A stretch of 64,000 bases of DNA from Candidatus Woesearchaeota archaeon (GTDB lineage: Archaea > Nanobdellota > Nanobdellia > Pacearchaeales > GW2011-AR1). Position numbers and translations under genes: made by a program. Positions 53,314 to 62,937 of the stretch are shown here, piece by piece (the stretch's first letter is position 1; every line of letters starts with the position of its first letter). The DNA is taken from positions 7,412-71,411 of the forward strand of contig CAZHCL010000002.1 of NCBI GenBank assembly GCA_964530955.1, written 5' to 3'. The notes beneath the pieces are model-generated. The model was given only the letters and a program-made list of their open reading frames with translations, was not told the DNA's origin and searched no databases.

Positions 53314-56010
53314 TCATTCAGCATAAATTCCTGGCTTTCCAGGTTTTGCCTTTGCAGCCTTGCCTTCAGGATCATATTTTTTCTTATCATTCACAGCAAA
53401 AACCTTGACTTTCTTTCCAACTTTTTTGCTCAATAAGTCAAAATCATAATTTTCAAGCTCATTTGGAAGCACATAGAGATATATATTTTCCATTTCCTTT
53501 CCCTGTTTTTCTTTTATTATTTTAATTACGTTGACAATATCAGAAACAGTTTTCTCAACTGCCTTTTCAGCAATATCAAATTTCTCATTTATCTTACTCT
53601 CATCAGCAGAAGGCCATTCAGCAACAGAAACAAAACCTTTTCCGCCTATTTTCTCCCAAAGCTCTTCAGCAATATGCGGAGTTATTGGAACCATTAATTT
53701 TATCCATTTAGTTAACATTTGAGATAAAATTTTATTATCGCACTCTGCAACCTGAAGATATTTCTTAAACTCATTGTATAAGTTAAAATATATATCGTTA
53801 GAAGCAGTCCTGAAATCAAAATTGTCCATTGCTAGCTTTATTTCTTTTAACTTTTTATTGAAGGTAGACTCCACCATCGCATCAATATTATTTTTACCAT
53901 TCTTCTTTTTCATTAATTCATCTAAAAGCAAATTAATCTTTTCTAGTGACGCTCTGTAGCTTAGAGCAACCTCTTCATCCCATAAAACATCTGCAGCTGG
54001 ACTTCCTATATGTGCATAATACAATCTCATTCCATCGACAGAATATTTCTGAATTAATTCAGGAACTGGTTCAGACCCACCCTTACTTTTCGATATTTTA
54101 CTGCCTTTCCCAGTAATCCAGTAATTGACAAATATTCCTTTAGGAAGTTTATTTTCTGGCAAAATTGCTACATGATTCATCAAAAAAACAGGGAAGTGAA
54201 CTGTTTGATGTTCTTTTCCTCCAAGATTTATATCTAAGGGATACCAATAATCAAAATCTTTCTTGATACTTTCCCACAGTTTATTCTTAGCTTTGCCTAT
54301 TCCTAAATAGACATAATCAAAAAATTCTTCAGTTAATTCTTCAACTTTAATCTTTCCAGTATTAACATATTTAGATACAATATAATAAACAGGATAAAGT
54401 GTTGAATCAGAAATAGGTTCAATTATCCAATTACCACCAAAAGGCATTTTAGTTCCTAGCCAACTACCCTGTCTCGCGCATGCTCTGTCCTGAAACCATT
54501 CCAAAACAGAGGGAATATTTCTTTTATAGTCCTCAGGATAAATAAGCATCTTTTGTGCATGTTCCTTTGAATCCTTAGTAAGCTTGAAATCAGAATATCT
54601 TATAAACCACTGGTCATCAATCTTTTTGATTATTACTCTCTCTCCACATCTGCATATAACTTCTTCTGAGAGAGAATACATTATATCTGCTTTTCCAGAT
54701 TTAATAAGCTCATCTTTCATTTTATCTTTAGCCTCAATAACTTTCATTCCAGAATATTTTCCGCAAATGGAGAGTAAAATTCCAGAATGGTATCCCTCCT
54801 TATAGACCTCCTGAGTCAATCCCTCAAGTTTAGGGTCTTCCTGATTCGAAACACCTTCCTTCTCTACAATATCTACTCCAGCCTTCTCACCATACTTTTT
54901 AGTCTGAATTATAGGAATAACCTTAATAGCCTCCAACTCTTTAATTTGGTTTATATCAAATCCTAACTTTTTCTTATCTTTAGCAGACAATTCCTGTAGC
55001 TCTTTCAAAGCAATATAATCATAAGGGGCGTCACTAGGCACTGAAGTCACAATCCCTGTCCCAATATCTGACTTAACAAATCTCGAAGGAAGAATAATTA
55101 CTTCTCTTTCAATCATTGGTGCTACTGCTTTTTCGCCAAGTAATTTCTCCATTGTATATCCAATTAATTTAATATCGTCTTTTTGATAGGTTAATTTATT
55201 GAAAGCATCTTCGCTTATTATCCAAATCTCTTTTCCAACTTTAACTTCTACATACTTAATATCGGTATTAATCCATAGATTAGTCTGCCCATAAACCGTT
55301 TCTGGTCTTAATGTAGCCGCAACAAGATACTTATCTTTGAACTTGAACTTTAGTAAAGTAAATTCCATTCTTTCAGCATTGCCGCCTTTAGAGATATCTG
55401 TTTCAGAAGCATCAACCGCAACAGGACCATCTTTTGGACAGAAAGTTCCATAATATGGTTTTTGAACAAGAAGATTCTTTTCTTTCAATTTTTTAAATTG
55501 CCATTCAATAAATTTATTATAATCTGGATTAATAGTACAAATGAATCTTCTTTCATCAATTAAAAATCCAAATCTCTTCCAGTATTCAACGTAGTTTTTA
55601 TTAAAAAAGTCTACTACTCCTTTTGGAGTCTCAAGATTAGATATTTTTTTCATATCGTATCCATTATTTTTGAGATAATCCAACATTCCCGAATCTTTCT
55701 TCCTAATTTTATTTGCAAATATAACTGAAGGGTTACCTGAAGCATGAGTTCCTACAGGAAAAAGAACATTATATCCATTCATCCTCTTATATCTACAAAT
55801 TGCATCAGAATAACTATAACCACGCATATGCCCCACATGAAGGTACCCAGATATTCCAGGATAAGCAAAAATTAAAAAAAACTTTTCATTCTTATTTGGT
55901 TCAGCTTCTCCAAGTTTGGCATCATCCCATCTCTTCTGCCATTTCTTTTCTATACTAGAAAAATCAATTTCTTTCTTTATTTCGATATTCCTAGTCATAT
56001 TATCATTCAT
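53314..56010 (-). CDS. leuS: Leucyl-tRNA synthetase (archaeal/eukaryal type)
   Basis: GYLHVGHMRGY (HIGH region), KISKSKG (KMSKS), CP1 editing-domain length. I prefer the ATG at 56010; the track start is TTG. Confidence 0.95.
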   Translation of the reverse strand: MNDNMTRNIEIKKEIDFSSIEKKWQKRWDDAKLGEAEPNKNEKFFLIFAYPGISGYLHVGHMRGYSYSDAICRYKRMNGYNVLFPVGTHASGNPSVIFANKIRKKDSGMLDYLKNNGYDMKKISNLETPKGVVDFFNKNYVEYWKRFGFLIDERRFICTINPDYNKFIEWQFKKLKEKNLLVQKPYYGTFCPKDGPVAVDASETDISKGGNAERMEFTLLKFKFKDKYLVAATLRPETVYGQTNLWINTDIKYVEVKVGKEIWIISEDAFNKLTYQKDDIKLIGYTMEKLLGEKAVAPMIEREVIILPSRFVKSDIGTGIVTSVPSDAPYDYIALKELQELSAKDKKKLGFDINQIKELEAIKVIPIIQTKKYGEKAGVDIVEKEGVSNQEDPKLEGLTQEVYKEGYHSGILLSICGKYSGMKVIEAKDKMKDELIKSGKADIMYSLSEEVICRCGERVIIKKIDDQWFIRYSDFKLTKDSKEHAQKMLIYPEDYKRNIPSVLEWFQDRACARQGSWLGTKMPFGGNWIIEPISDSTLYPVYYIVSKYVNTGKIKVEELTEEFFDYVYLGIGKAKNKLWESIKKDFDYWYPLDINLGGKEHQTVHFPVFLMNHVAILPENKLPKGIFVNYWITGKGSKISKSKGGSEPVPELIQKYSVDGMRLYYAHIGSPAADVLWDEEVALSYRASLEKINLLLDELMKKKNGKNNIDAMVESTFNKKLKEIKLAMDNFDFRTASNDIYFNLYNEFKKYLQVAECDNKILSQMLTKWIKLMVPITPHIAEELWEKIGGKGFVSVAEWPSADESKINEKFDIAEKAVEKTVSDIVNVIKIIKEKQGKEMENIYLYVLPNELENYDFDLLSKKVGKKVKVFAVNDKKKYDPEGKAAKAKPGKPGIYAE

Positions 56011-56043
56011 AAAAGGCAAGATTTAAACTTTATGCTGAAGTAA

Positions 56044-56403
56044 CTAAAAAGCTTCTTTAAGGGAATTCAGAATCCCTTTCTTTCTCAGCTGGCTCACAGC
56101 AGAAGGATTATACTTGAAAATAATATCGCCTTTTTCATTATCATCAGGCCAGGGCATTATGAGAACAATATCTCTTGGTCTAAGCCAAAGCTCCCTCTTG
56201 TATCTTCCAGGGACTCTGCAGTTTCTCTTCTTTCCATCGGTTCCAAGAACTTCCATTCTGTTTCCGCCGTATCTCTGACTTATAACTCCTATAACTTCTC
56301 CATTTCTAGGAGCTCTTACTCTGGCAGGAGCTACCACTTCTGTTGTGCTTTCCTGCGGAGGAGCGTCAGTAACAACTTCCTCGAATTCTCCGTAATCTCC
56401 CAT
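56044..56403 (-). CDS. eif1a: Translation initiation factor aIF-1A
   Basis: VIGVISQRYGGNRMEVLGTDGKKRNCRVPGRYKRELWLRPRDIVLI is an S1-like OB fold. Confidence 0.9.
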   Translation of the reverse strand: MGDYGEFEEVVTDAPPQESTTEVVAPARVRAPRNGEVIGVISQRYGGNRMEVLGTDGKKRNCRVPGRYKRELWLRPRDIVLIMPWPDDNEKGDIIFKYNPSAVSQLRKKGILNSLKEAF

Positions 56404-56475
56404 GATATCTCTAGAAAAGCTCCTTTTTTAAATATATTCAAATACGTTTATAAAACCTTTAAGATTATAATCTAT

Positions 56476-56988
56476 ATGATAAACTTATATCTTACAGGAG
56501 ACAAAATAATCTCAAATGAACAGGAAGCATTCTCTCTTTATGAAAAATCAGTATTTGGAGAGAAGAAAGAAGGCAGAATAGAATATAGCAATGTCGAAGC
56601 CCTTTTTCTAGTTCAGGAAAGAAAAAGTTTTCTCTTTTTAGGAAAGAAAAAGCTCTCTTTTGATGAATTACTTAAAAGATTGAAGAAACAAGATAAGAAA
56701 ATAGAAGTAAAACTTGCAGTCTACTCTGACCTAAGAAAAAGAGGTCATATTGTCAAGTCTGCTTTGAAGTTTGGAGCAGAATTTAGAGTTTATGAAAAAG
56801 GAAGCCGTCCTGGAAATGACCATGCAAAATGGATTCTTTATACCACAAAAGACCATGAATTACTTGACTGGCATGAATTCTCTGCAAAAAATAGAGTCGC
56901 TCATAGCACTAAAAAGAAACTCCTGCTTGCAATTGTTGATGATGAGTCAGATGTTTCTTATTACGAAGTATCCTGGTTCAAGCCCTAA
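56476..56988 (+). CDS. endA: tRNA-splicing endonuclease
   Basis: DLRKRGHIVKSALKFGAEFRVYEKG...HAKW is the catalytic C-terminal domain. Confidence 0.85.
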   Translation: MINLYLTGDKIISNEQEAFSLYEKSVFGEKKEGRIEYSNVEALFLVQERKSFLFLGKKKLSFDELLKRLKKQDKKIEVKLAVYSDLRKRGHIVKSALKFGAEFRVYEKGSRPGNDHAKWILYTTKDHELLDWHEFSAKNRVAHSTKKKLLLAIVDDESDVSYYEVSWFKP

Positions 56989-58139
56989 TCAGAATTTATC
57001 ACTTTCTCTATCTTAGCAACAATATTTTTCCAGTCAAACCTCAAGACATGATTCCTTGCATTCTTCTCTACCAAAGAAATATTCTTTTTACGCATAAGCA
57101 ATACTCGGTCAATAATCCTCGCACAATCTAAAGAATCTCCCTGATTAAACAAAAAGCCATTCTTTCCATTGTCAACAAGTTCTTTGTTTCCAGCTATTTC
57201 ACTGGCAACAACTATCTTTCCACGAGCCATTGCTTCAACAAGAGATTGGGGCATACCCTCTCTCTTTGAAGGAAGGACAAATATTTTTGCAGAATCAATT
57301 TTCTTTATTTTACCTTCTATGTCAAAAATTGCAGGAGAAATAGATACTCTCTTTCCAATTTTATTCTCTCTGATTATTTCATTAATATGCTGAAGATATT
57401 CTTTTTCGGCCATCCCAACTATTTCAAGTTTAATTTTTTTATCATGAAGCAGAGGCATTGCACTAATTAATGTTTCAATATCCTTGACAGGTGAAATCCT
57501 TCCAAGAAAAAGTATTTTGTTCTGTTCCTTTGTTTTTTTCTTTTTACTGAAAAAATCTGAAGGAATGCCATTAGGAATATAAGCAATTTTATCTAATGGC
57601 ACCATAAGATTATGCAAAAATTCTCTTTCCCAGTTAGTTATTGCAATTATTTTTGTAAATTCCCTAAGCCTTCTTCTCCCTATAAATCTGTCAAAGAATT
57701 TAACATAATATCTTGCTGCAAGTGATCTGTTCTCATCAGAACCAAAAGGAGCATGAGTAACCAAAAAGCACTTGGCATGTATTTTCTTTGCAATATCCAA
57801 CCCAAGATGGGTATGACTATGTCTGTAGCTATGGGCTATTATTATATCTGGTTTGAAATCGACAACTGCTCTCTCAAAAGCACCCCTATCCCAGACCATG
57901 TAACTCTCGCTGAAAGGCATTTTTCTTGTAGAAAATCTCTTTATTAGCACATTTCCAATTTTATCATCCTTAGAAACTATTTTGTTGCTTCCTTTTTCAA
58001 TATTTGATGAAAATATTCTAACATTATATCCTTTTTCAGAAAGAAGCTTAGCCTCATGCTTCACCCTTGCAAAAACTCCATCAATGCCTGCAGAGTAAAG
58101 GCATAGTTCAAGTATTTTCTTTTTATCATTAATCTTCAT
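56985..58139 (-). CDS. Family-4 (GT-B, GT1-type) glycosyltransferase
   Basis: EGMPQSLVEAMARGKIVVASEIAGNKELV. Confidence 0.9.
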   Translation of the reverse strand: MKINDKKKILELCLYSAGIDGVFARVKHEAKLLSEKGYNVRIFSSNIEKGSNKIVSKDDKIGNVLIKRFSTRKMPFSESYMVWDRGAFERAVVDFKPDIIIAHSYRHSHTHLGLDIAKKIHAKCFLVTHAPFGSDENRSLAARYYVKFFDRFIGRRRLREFTKIIAITNWEREFLHNLMVPLDKIAYIPNGIPSDFFSKKKKTKEQNKILFLGRISPVKDIETLISAMPLLHDKKIKLEIVGMAEKEYLQHINEIIRENKIGKRVSISPAIFDIEGKIKKIDSAKIFVLPSKREGMPQSLVEAMARGKIVVASEIAGNKELVDNGKNGFLFNQGDSLDCARIIDRVLLMRKKNISLVEKNARNHVLRFDWKNIVAKIEKVINSD

Positions 58140-58169
58140 ATCTATCCTTACCTAAACTTGTTTATAAAA

Positions 58170-58523
58170 TTAGCCATTAGAAGGGCATTGCTCGCTAGTC
58201 CAATAGATAACATTGCTGTTCTTACAAGCATCACAGCTGTTTCCATAGGTCTGGGCGCACGGATATTTTATGCACTGAATCTTTGAGGGATCATTCCAGC
58301 CGCACACTGGCTGATAAACCTGAATGCACATATCAGCATTCCTGCTTGAATTAGTGCAATAACTCCTATTTAGATTAGAAGTAGAATTCTCTGAAGAATT
58401 ATCTGCTTGAGAATTATGATAATTTGCCAAAACAGCAATAACAATCAACAAAATAACCAAAAAAGCGAGAAGCCAGAGCTCCAGTTTGAAATCTTTGTGC
58501 ATATAACTCCCAAGAAAATTCAT
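58170..58523 (-). CDS. Membrane-anchored small protein with Kazal-like Cys-rich domain (tentative)
   Basis: N-terminal TM, then CIQVYQPVCGWNDPSKIQCIKYPCAQTYGNSCDACKN. The PVCG ... TYxNxC..C spacing is as in Kazal inhibitors. Confidence 0.5.
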   Translation of the reverse strand: MNFLGSYMHKDFKLELWLLAFLVILLIVIAVLANYHNSQADNSSENSTSNLNRSYCTNSSRNADMCIQVYQPVCGWNDPSKIQCIKYPCAQTYGNSCDACKNSNVIYWTSEQCPSNG

Positions 58524-58595
58524 TTTATATATCCTTTTTAGCCTTCAAACAAGTTTGCACCTTTGAAAAAACTTATCATCGCCTAATAATTACAA

Positions 58596-59633
58596 ATGTT
58601 TATAACTAAAACCTATCTGAAGATAGCTATGCCCACAGATATGCAAAAATTAATGGAAAATAAGGAAAGTATAGTGAATTCTATCCAAACAAGAGGACCT
58701 TCTCTTCCTGTTCAGATAGCAAGGGAAGCTAACCTGAATCTCCTCTTTGCATCAGCCTACCTTTCTGAGCTCTACAATGAAAGAAGAATAAAAATGAGCA
58801 GCATGAAAGTTGGGAGTTCATCACTATACTATATTGAAGGGCAGGAAGCTCAGCTTGAAAACTTCATCCAATATCTTAACGGAAAAGAAAAGGAAGCTTT
58901 CTCTCTGCTAAAATCCCAAAAGTTACTTGAAGATGATAAGATGAATCCAGCCATAAGAGTCGCTCTCCGTGGTCTTAAAGACTTTGCAGTACCCCTTAGA
59001 ATAAAAGTCAATGAAGACTCAAAGCTCTTCTGGAAACACTTCCTGATTAGTGATACCGAGATAAAAGAAATTGCTCAGTCTCTTTTTGGAAAAAAAGAGA
59101 AAAAAGCAAAAGATGAATTAGCAGAAAGTGAAAAGCAAAAAACCCTAGTAAGTCAACCATCTGAACCGCTGGTTCTAGCTCAGGAGATAAAGCTTGAAAA
59201 ACCAAAGGTAGAAGAAAATAAAGCAGAAACTTTAGTCAAGCAGGAAGAAAAAAGCGAAATTCCTAATGAGATACTTGAAAAGCCTAAGAAAGCAGAAAAG
59301 AAGAAAAAACAAGTAGAAGAAAGCAAGTTCATAAAAAACATTAAAGAATATTTGATTTCTAAAGATATAGAACTTCTTGACATTAGAGATGAGAAAAAGA
59401 AAGACTTTTTAGCAAGAGTAAGAATAGATACCCTATTTGGTAAGCAGGAATACCTTTTAATCGCAAAAGAAAAAAAGAAAGTAACTGAAGAGGATATAAC
59501 TCTTGCATTGCATAAGGCTCAGCTTGAAAAGATGCCTGCCCTTTTCATGGCTCCTGGAGATATAGATAAAAAAGCTCTCGACCATGCAAAGCTCTGGAAA
59601 AACCTTGTTAAGTTTGAGAAAGTGAAGTTCTAG
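58596..59633 (+). CDS. Hypothetical protein: N-terminal winged-helix-like region, K/E-rich linker, conserved-looking C-terminal domain (start uncertain)
   Basis: ORF. The N-terminal [31 protein letters not shown] is wH-like. No family assigned. Confidence 0.5.
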   Translation: MFITKTYLKIAMPTDMQKLMENKESIVNSIQTRGPSLPVQIAREANLNLLFASAYLSELYNERRIKMSSMKVGSSSLYYIEGQEAQLENFIQYLNGKEKEAFSLLKSQKLLEDDKMNPAIRVALRGLKDFAVPLRIKVNEDSKLFWKHFLISDTEIKEIAQSLFGKKEKKAKDELAESEKQKTLVSQPSEPLVLAQEIKLEKPKVEENKAETLVKQEEKSEIPNEILEKPKKAEKKKKQVEESKFIKNIKEYLISKDIELLDIRDEKKKDFLARVRIDTLFGKQEYLLIAKEKKKVTEEDITLALHKAQLEKMPALFMAPGDIDKKALDHAKLWKNLVKFEKVKF

Positions 59634-59646
59634 ACAATTATATTAT

Positions 59647-59943
59647 CTATTTAATCTTCTTATCATAGAATTTATACATAGTAAATACTGCATAAGGAGC
59701 AATTAAATAAAACAAGAACTCTTCAATGGGAAGTCCATAAATCCTTAATCCTATTAGTCCAGGACCAGGAAAAATCCAAGTTGAACGGTAGACTGCATAA
59801 TAATCCCAAATCATTCCTACCAAGAAAATATTTAGAGTAACTATTAGTCTTTCCTTTATAGAATGATAAAGACGAATATGATATTTCCATTCAACAAAAA
59901 TAGTTATTAATAAGATAACCATCAATATGATAAAATATTCCAT
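59647..59943 (-). CDS. Lycopene-cyclase-domain (CrtYc/d-like) small membrane protein
   Basis: 3 TM helices and GLPIEEFLFYLIAPY (PxEE motif region). Confidence 0.55.
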   Translation of the reverse strand: MEYFIILMVILLITIFVEWKYHIRLYHSIKERLIVTLNIFLVGMIWDYYAVYRSTWIFPGPGLIGLRIYGLPIEEFLFYLIAPYAVFTMYKFYDKKIK

Positions 59944-60000
59944 ATAGGATTATAAGAAAGGATAATTATAAATTTAACTTAAACCGATTAACAAAGTAAT

Positions 60001-60010
60001 CTTTAAATAC
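60001..60010 (+). promoter_or_regulatory. TATA box CTTTAAATAC for rps17e (leaderless)
   Basis: Centre is about 27 nt upstream of the ATG at 60032. The same decamer lies upstream of 17418. Confidence 0.45.
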
Positions 60011-60031
60011 CCTCCAAAACACATTCTTCCA

Positions 60032-60289
60032 ATGGGAAGAATAAAATCAACAATGGTAAAGAAGGCAGCCAGGCAACTAATGGAAAAAGACCTTCCTTTC
60101 ACAGGCGATTTTACAGATAATAAGAAAATACTCAAAAATTCAATGCCTTCCAAGCCAATAAGGAATAAAGTGGCAGGATATATAGGAAGACTTGTAAAAA
60201 TGAAGAAAGCAGGCCCAAGAATGAGAAAAGTAATAGTACCTACCGAAGCAGAAGTTCATCCATATTCTGAGCAAGCCCAGAGATTCTAA
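60032..60289 (+). CDS. rps17e: 30S ribosomal protein S17e
   Basis: MGRIKSTMVKKAARQLMEK...FTGDFTDNKKIL. Confidence 0.9.
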   Translation: MGRIKSTMVKKAARQLMEKDLPFTGDFTDNKKILKNSMPSKPIRNKVAGYIGRLVKMKKAGPRMRKVIVPTEAEVHPYSEQAQRF

Positions 60290-60346
60290 TTATATTCTAG
60301 ATTGTTTCCAACAAACTTAAAAACTATCTTTTTATCACTCTCCTAT

Positions 60347-60419
60347 GGCTGTGTAGCTCAGTTGGCAGAGCGGTGCTCTCATGAGGCACAGGTCGGGAGT
60401 TCAATTCTCCCCACAGCCA
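60347..60419 (+). tRNA. tRNA with CAT anticodon (elongator Met or Ile2)
   Basis: Manual fold: acceptor GGCTGTG/CACAGCC, D-arm GCTC-AGTTGGCA-GAGC, anticodon loop CTCATGA, T-loop TTCAATT. It lacks the initiator-type A1:U72 pair and the three G-C pairs. Confidence 0.85.
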
Positions 60420-60429
60420 TATTTAATTT

Positions 60430-60792
60430 CTAAACAACAAGACTCTTATCTATATTATCTCCTTCCTTTCTCGGAAGTATGTGCAAATGTGCGTGCTGAA
60501 CAACCTGCCCAGCGGGCTCTAAATTATTCATAACTATATTAAAACCATCTCCATATTTTTTCTCAAGTAATCCATAAGAAATCTTTTTAGTAAAATTAAG
60601 CAATTCTTCTCCTAATTTATCAGGAATGTCCAACAAAGTAACAAAATGCTTTTTACTTATTATAAGTGCATGTCCTTTAATTTTTTGATTTATATCAAAA
60701 AAAGCCATGAAATTATTACTTTCATCTATAAAATTTGATTTAACTTCTTTTTTAGCGATTTTACAGAATATGCACTCGCTACTTTTTGTCAT
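60430..60792 (-). CDS. HIT-family (histidine triad) nucleotide hydrolase
   Basis: CIFCKI, HAHLHILPR. Confidence 0.9.
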   Translation of the reverse strand: MTKSSECIFCKIAKKEVKSNFIDESNNFMAFFDINQKIKGHALIISKKHFVTLLDIPDKLGEELLNFTKKISYGLLEKKYGDGFNIVMNNLEPAGQVVQHAHLHILPRKEGDNIDKSLVV

Positions 60793-61604
60793 TTTGACTG
60801 CTCAAAAGTATTAGAATAAAAATTTCCTTTAAGCATCTGTCTATTCACTTCCTCTTTCCTTATATTAAAAGTAAATAATTTCGCCAGAGCAGATTTTTTT
60901 TCAGAAGAATTAGTCAAAGCAGCAGCAAGTCTGTTGACTTCTTTTGAAAAACTACTCTTTCCATCGTACAATGAAACGGGCACACCTGAAAACAATGCTT
61001 TTACATTTACAGAGTCATCCTTTATTCTTGCAACAACCGGGATTCCCAAAGTTTCTTCTATATCTTTAAGAGGTATTTCATATTTTGGATCCCTTACTTT
61101 ATTTATTATTATTCCAGAAATGGGCTTGCCCCTTTGCTTAGCAAGTCTGGCTGCTCTCAAAGAACAGCTTAAAGTGGGATAATCTGGAGTCGTAACAACA
61201 AAAAGATTATCAGAGGCAAGCATTGTAGAAAGGACTTCCTCGTTTAAGCTTGGTGAGGAATCAAGTACAATAAAATCATATTCATCTTTAATCTTTGAAA
61301 GCCTATCCTTTAATTTTAGAGGGAAATATTCATGATTGTAAACATAACTTCCAGGAATTATATCGACTCCGTGCCTCTTATGAATCGCTCCCCAAACCCT
61401 AGACCTTCCAGCAAGAACATCATGAATCGTTTTGTCTGGCTTTACAATACCCATATGCAACCCAAGATTAGGAGCAGAATAGTTAGCATCCACAAGAAGA
61501 ACCTTTTGTCCATAATTTTTTGCCAAATCAGTTGCAAGAGAAGCTGCCAAGGTAGTCTTTCCTACCCCACCTTTTATGGATATTATTCCTATCACCTTTC
61601 CCAT
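60789..61604 (-). CDS. MinD/ParA-family P-loop ATPase
   Basis: GIISIKGGVGKTTLAASLA is a deviant Walker A. ATGA overlap with the HIT gene. Confidence 0.85.
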   Translation of the reverse strand: MGKVIGIISIKGGVGKTTLAASLATDLAKNYGQKVLLVDANYSAPNLGLHMGIVKPDKTIHDVLAGRSRVWGAIHKRHGVDIIPGSYVYNHEYFPLKLKDRLSKIKDEYDFIVLDSSPSLNEEVLSTMLASDNLFVVTTPDYPTLSCSLRAARLAKQRGKPISGIIINKVRDPKYEIPLKDIEETLGIPVVARIKDDSVNVKALFSGVPVSLYDGKSSFSKEVNRLAAALTNSSEKKSALAKLFTFNIRKEEVNRQMLKGNFYSNTFEQSK

Positions 61605-61706
61605 AAGTTATATAGAATATCTGCGTTTAAAAGAGTTTCTAAATGAACTAAAACATAACAATTAAGATGCACAAATCTTTAAATATATTATATCCAAGCA
61701 AGAATT

Positions 61707-62039
61707 ATGGCTGAAAGAAGAAGTCTCGATTATCAGGACCCAGCATCGCCTATTAAATTCACTCAAAACCTGCGTGATCAACCTGATGGATATGATATTG
61801 AAATTGGAAGTGACCACGTTTACCTTCCAAGTAGATGTTTACCAGACTTAATCAGGAGAGAAACCACAACAAGTCATCTGGTAGAACTTATGTCAAATAT
61901 AGATCGTAGTTTTGGAGTGGTTCTAGAGTCAAATAATGTTTCTCCAGAACAGTATCATATAGCCATTCTAAAATTAGCTCTATTAAGAACAGAGACAGAG
62001 AGAGACTATTTCATTGATAAAAAAGTAAGGGCTAGCTAA
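61707..62039 (+). CDS. Hypothetical protein
   Basis: ORF only. Confidence 0.5.
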   Translation: MAERRSLDYQDPASPIKFTQNLRDQPDGYDIEIGSDHVYLPSRCLPDLIRRETTTSHLVELMSNIDRSFGVVLESNNVSPEQYHIAILKLALLRTETERDYFIDKKVRAS

Positions 62040-62047
62040 TAAAAAAC

Positions 62048-62118
62048 TGGACCTGCCGAGAATCGAACTCGAGTCTCATCCATGCCATGGACGCATCTTA
62101 CCACTGGACCACAGGCCC
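62048..62118 (-). tRNA. tRNA-Ala (anticodon GGC)
   Basis: Manual fold: acceptor GGGCCTG/CAGGTCC with G3:U70, anticodon stem CGTCC/GGATG, loop ATGGCAT, T-loop TTCGATT, discriminator A. Confidence 0.85.
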
Positions 62119-62156
62119 TAAACAAGTCTGAAATCTCTCAATTATAAATCTAACTA

Positions 62157-62879
62157 TCAGAATGAAATAAGAGAGGTAAGTAACAAAATCAAAAGAACTC
62201 CTATTACCATGATTGCTCCGATAAGCCAGGACTTGTGCTTATGAGTCTCTGGAAGAAGATTTGCAGCTCCGATATAAAGGAATTCTCCCACAAAGAAAGC
62301 AAGTATGAATGCAAGAGCTTTTTCATTTATCAATATCATTGAAGTAATTAATACTCCTAGGACTGGAGCAACAGCATCCATTAATAAGAAGAAAGCAGCG
62401 CTCTTTGTTTTATGTTTATTCTTTAGCATTAGAGTTACAGTGTTTATACCATCAGTAAAGTCATGTGAAATAACAGCCAAAGCAACAACTAATCCCACAG
62501 AAGGATTAACCTGATAAGCAGCCCCTATCGCTGCTCCATCAAGAAAACTATGTACTATTAAACTTCCAGCTCCAATAGGCCCCATAATATGCCCATGCCC
62601 TTCATCTTCCCCATGATGATGTGCAATAAAATATTTTTCAAGAAGGCTGTAAAATAAGAATGAAAAAACAACTGTTATGAACAAATACCTCATAGGTAAA
62701 GCCTGACTTGCAGCTAAACTAAGACTTTCAGGAAATAAATCAAAAAAAGCAACAGCTATTAATGTCCCTGCAGAAAAAGCAAAAAAGTAGGGCATTAATT
62801 TCTTGAATTTTAAAGCAAGCAAACCTCCGCACAAAGTAGATATAAAAGTTGCTATGGCAAGTAAAAAGATTATGCTCAT
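62157..62879 (-). CDS. ZIP-family divalent metal (zinc) transporter
   Basis: HHHGEDEGHGH, HSFLDGAAIG, HDFTDGI. I chose the ATG at 62879 (MSIIFLL..) because the track's longer start overlaps the divergent Fur gene. Confidence 0.85.
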   Translation of the reverse strand: MSIIFLLAIATFISTLCGGLLALKFKKLMPYFFAFSAGTLIAVAFFDLFPESLSLAASQALPMRYLFITVVFSFLFYSLLEKYFIAHHHGEDEGHGHIMGPIGAGSLIVHSFLDGAAIGAAYQVNPSVGLVVALAVISHDFTDGINTVTLMLKNKHKTKSAAFFLLMDAVAPVLGVLITSMILINEKALAFILAFFVGEFLYIGAANLLPETHKHKSWLIGAIMVIGVLLILLLTSLISF

Positions 62880-62914
62880 CAGCAGAAGAGAAAATAAACA
62901 TTTAAAAACCTTAC

Positions 62915-62929
62915 TGATAATGATTATCA
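62915..62929. promoter_or_regulatory. Fur/Zur-box-like perfect 7-1-7 palindrome TGATAATGATTATCA
   Basis: Seen directly in the 58-bp ZIP/Fur intergenic region. It sits just downstream of a TTTAAAAA TATA-like element (62901-62908) and 8 nt before the fur ATG. Confidence 0.6.
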
Positions 62930-62937
62930 ATAAAGAA

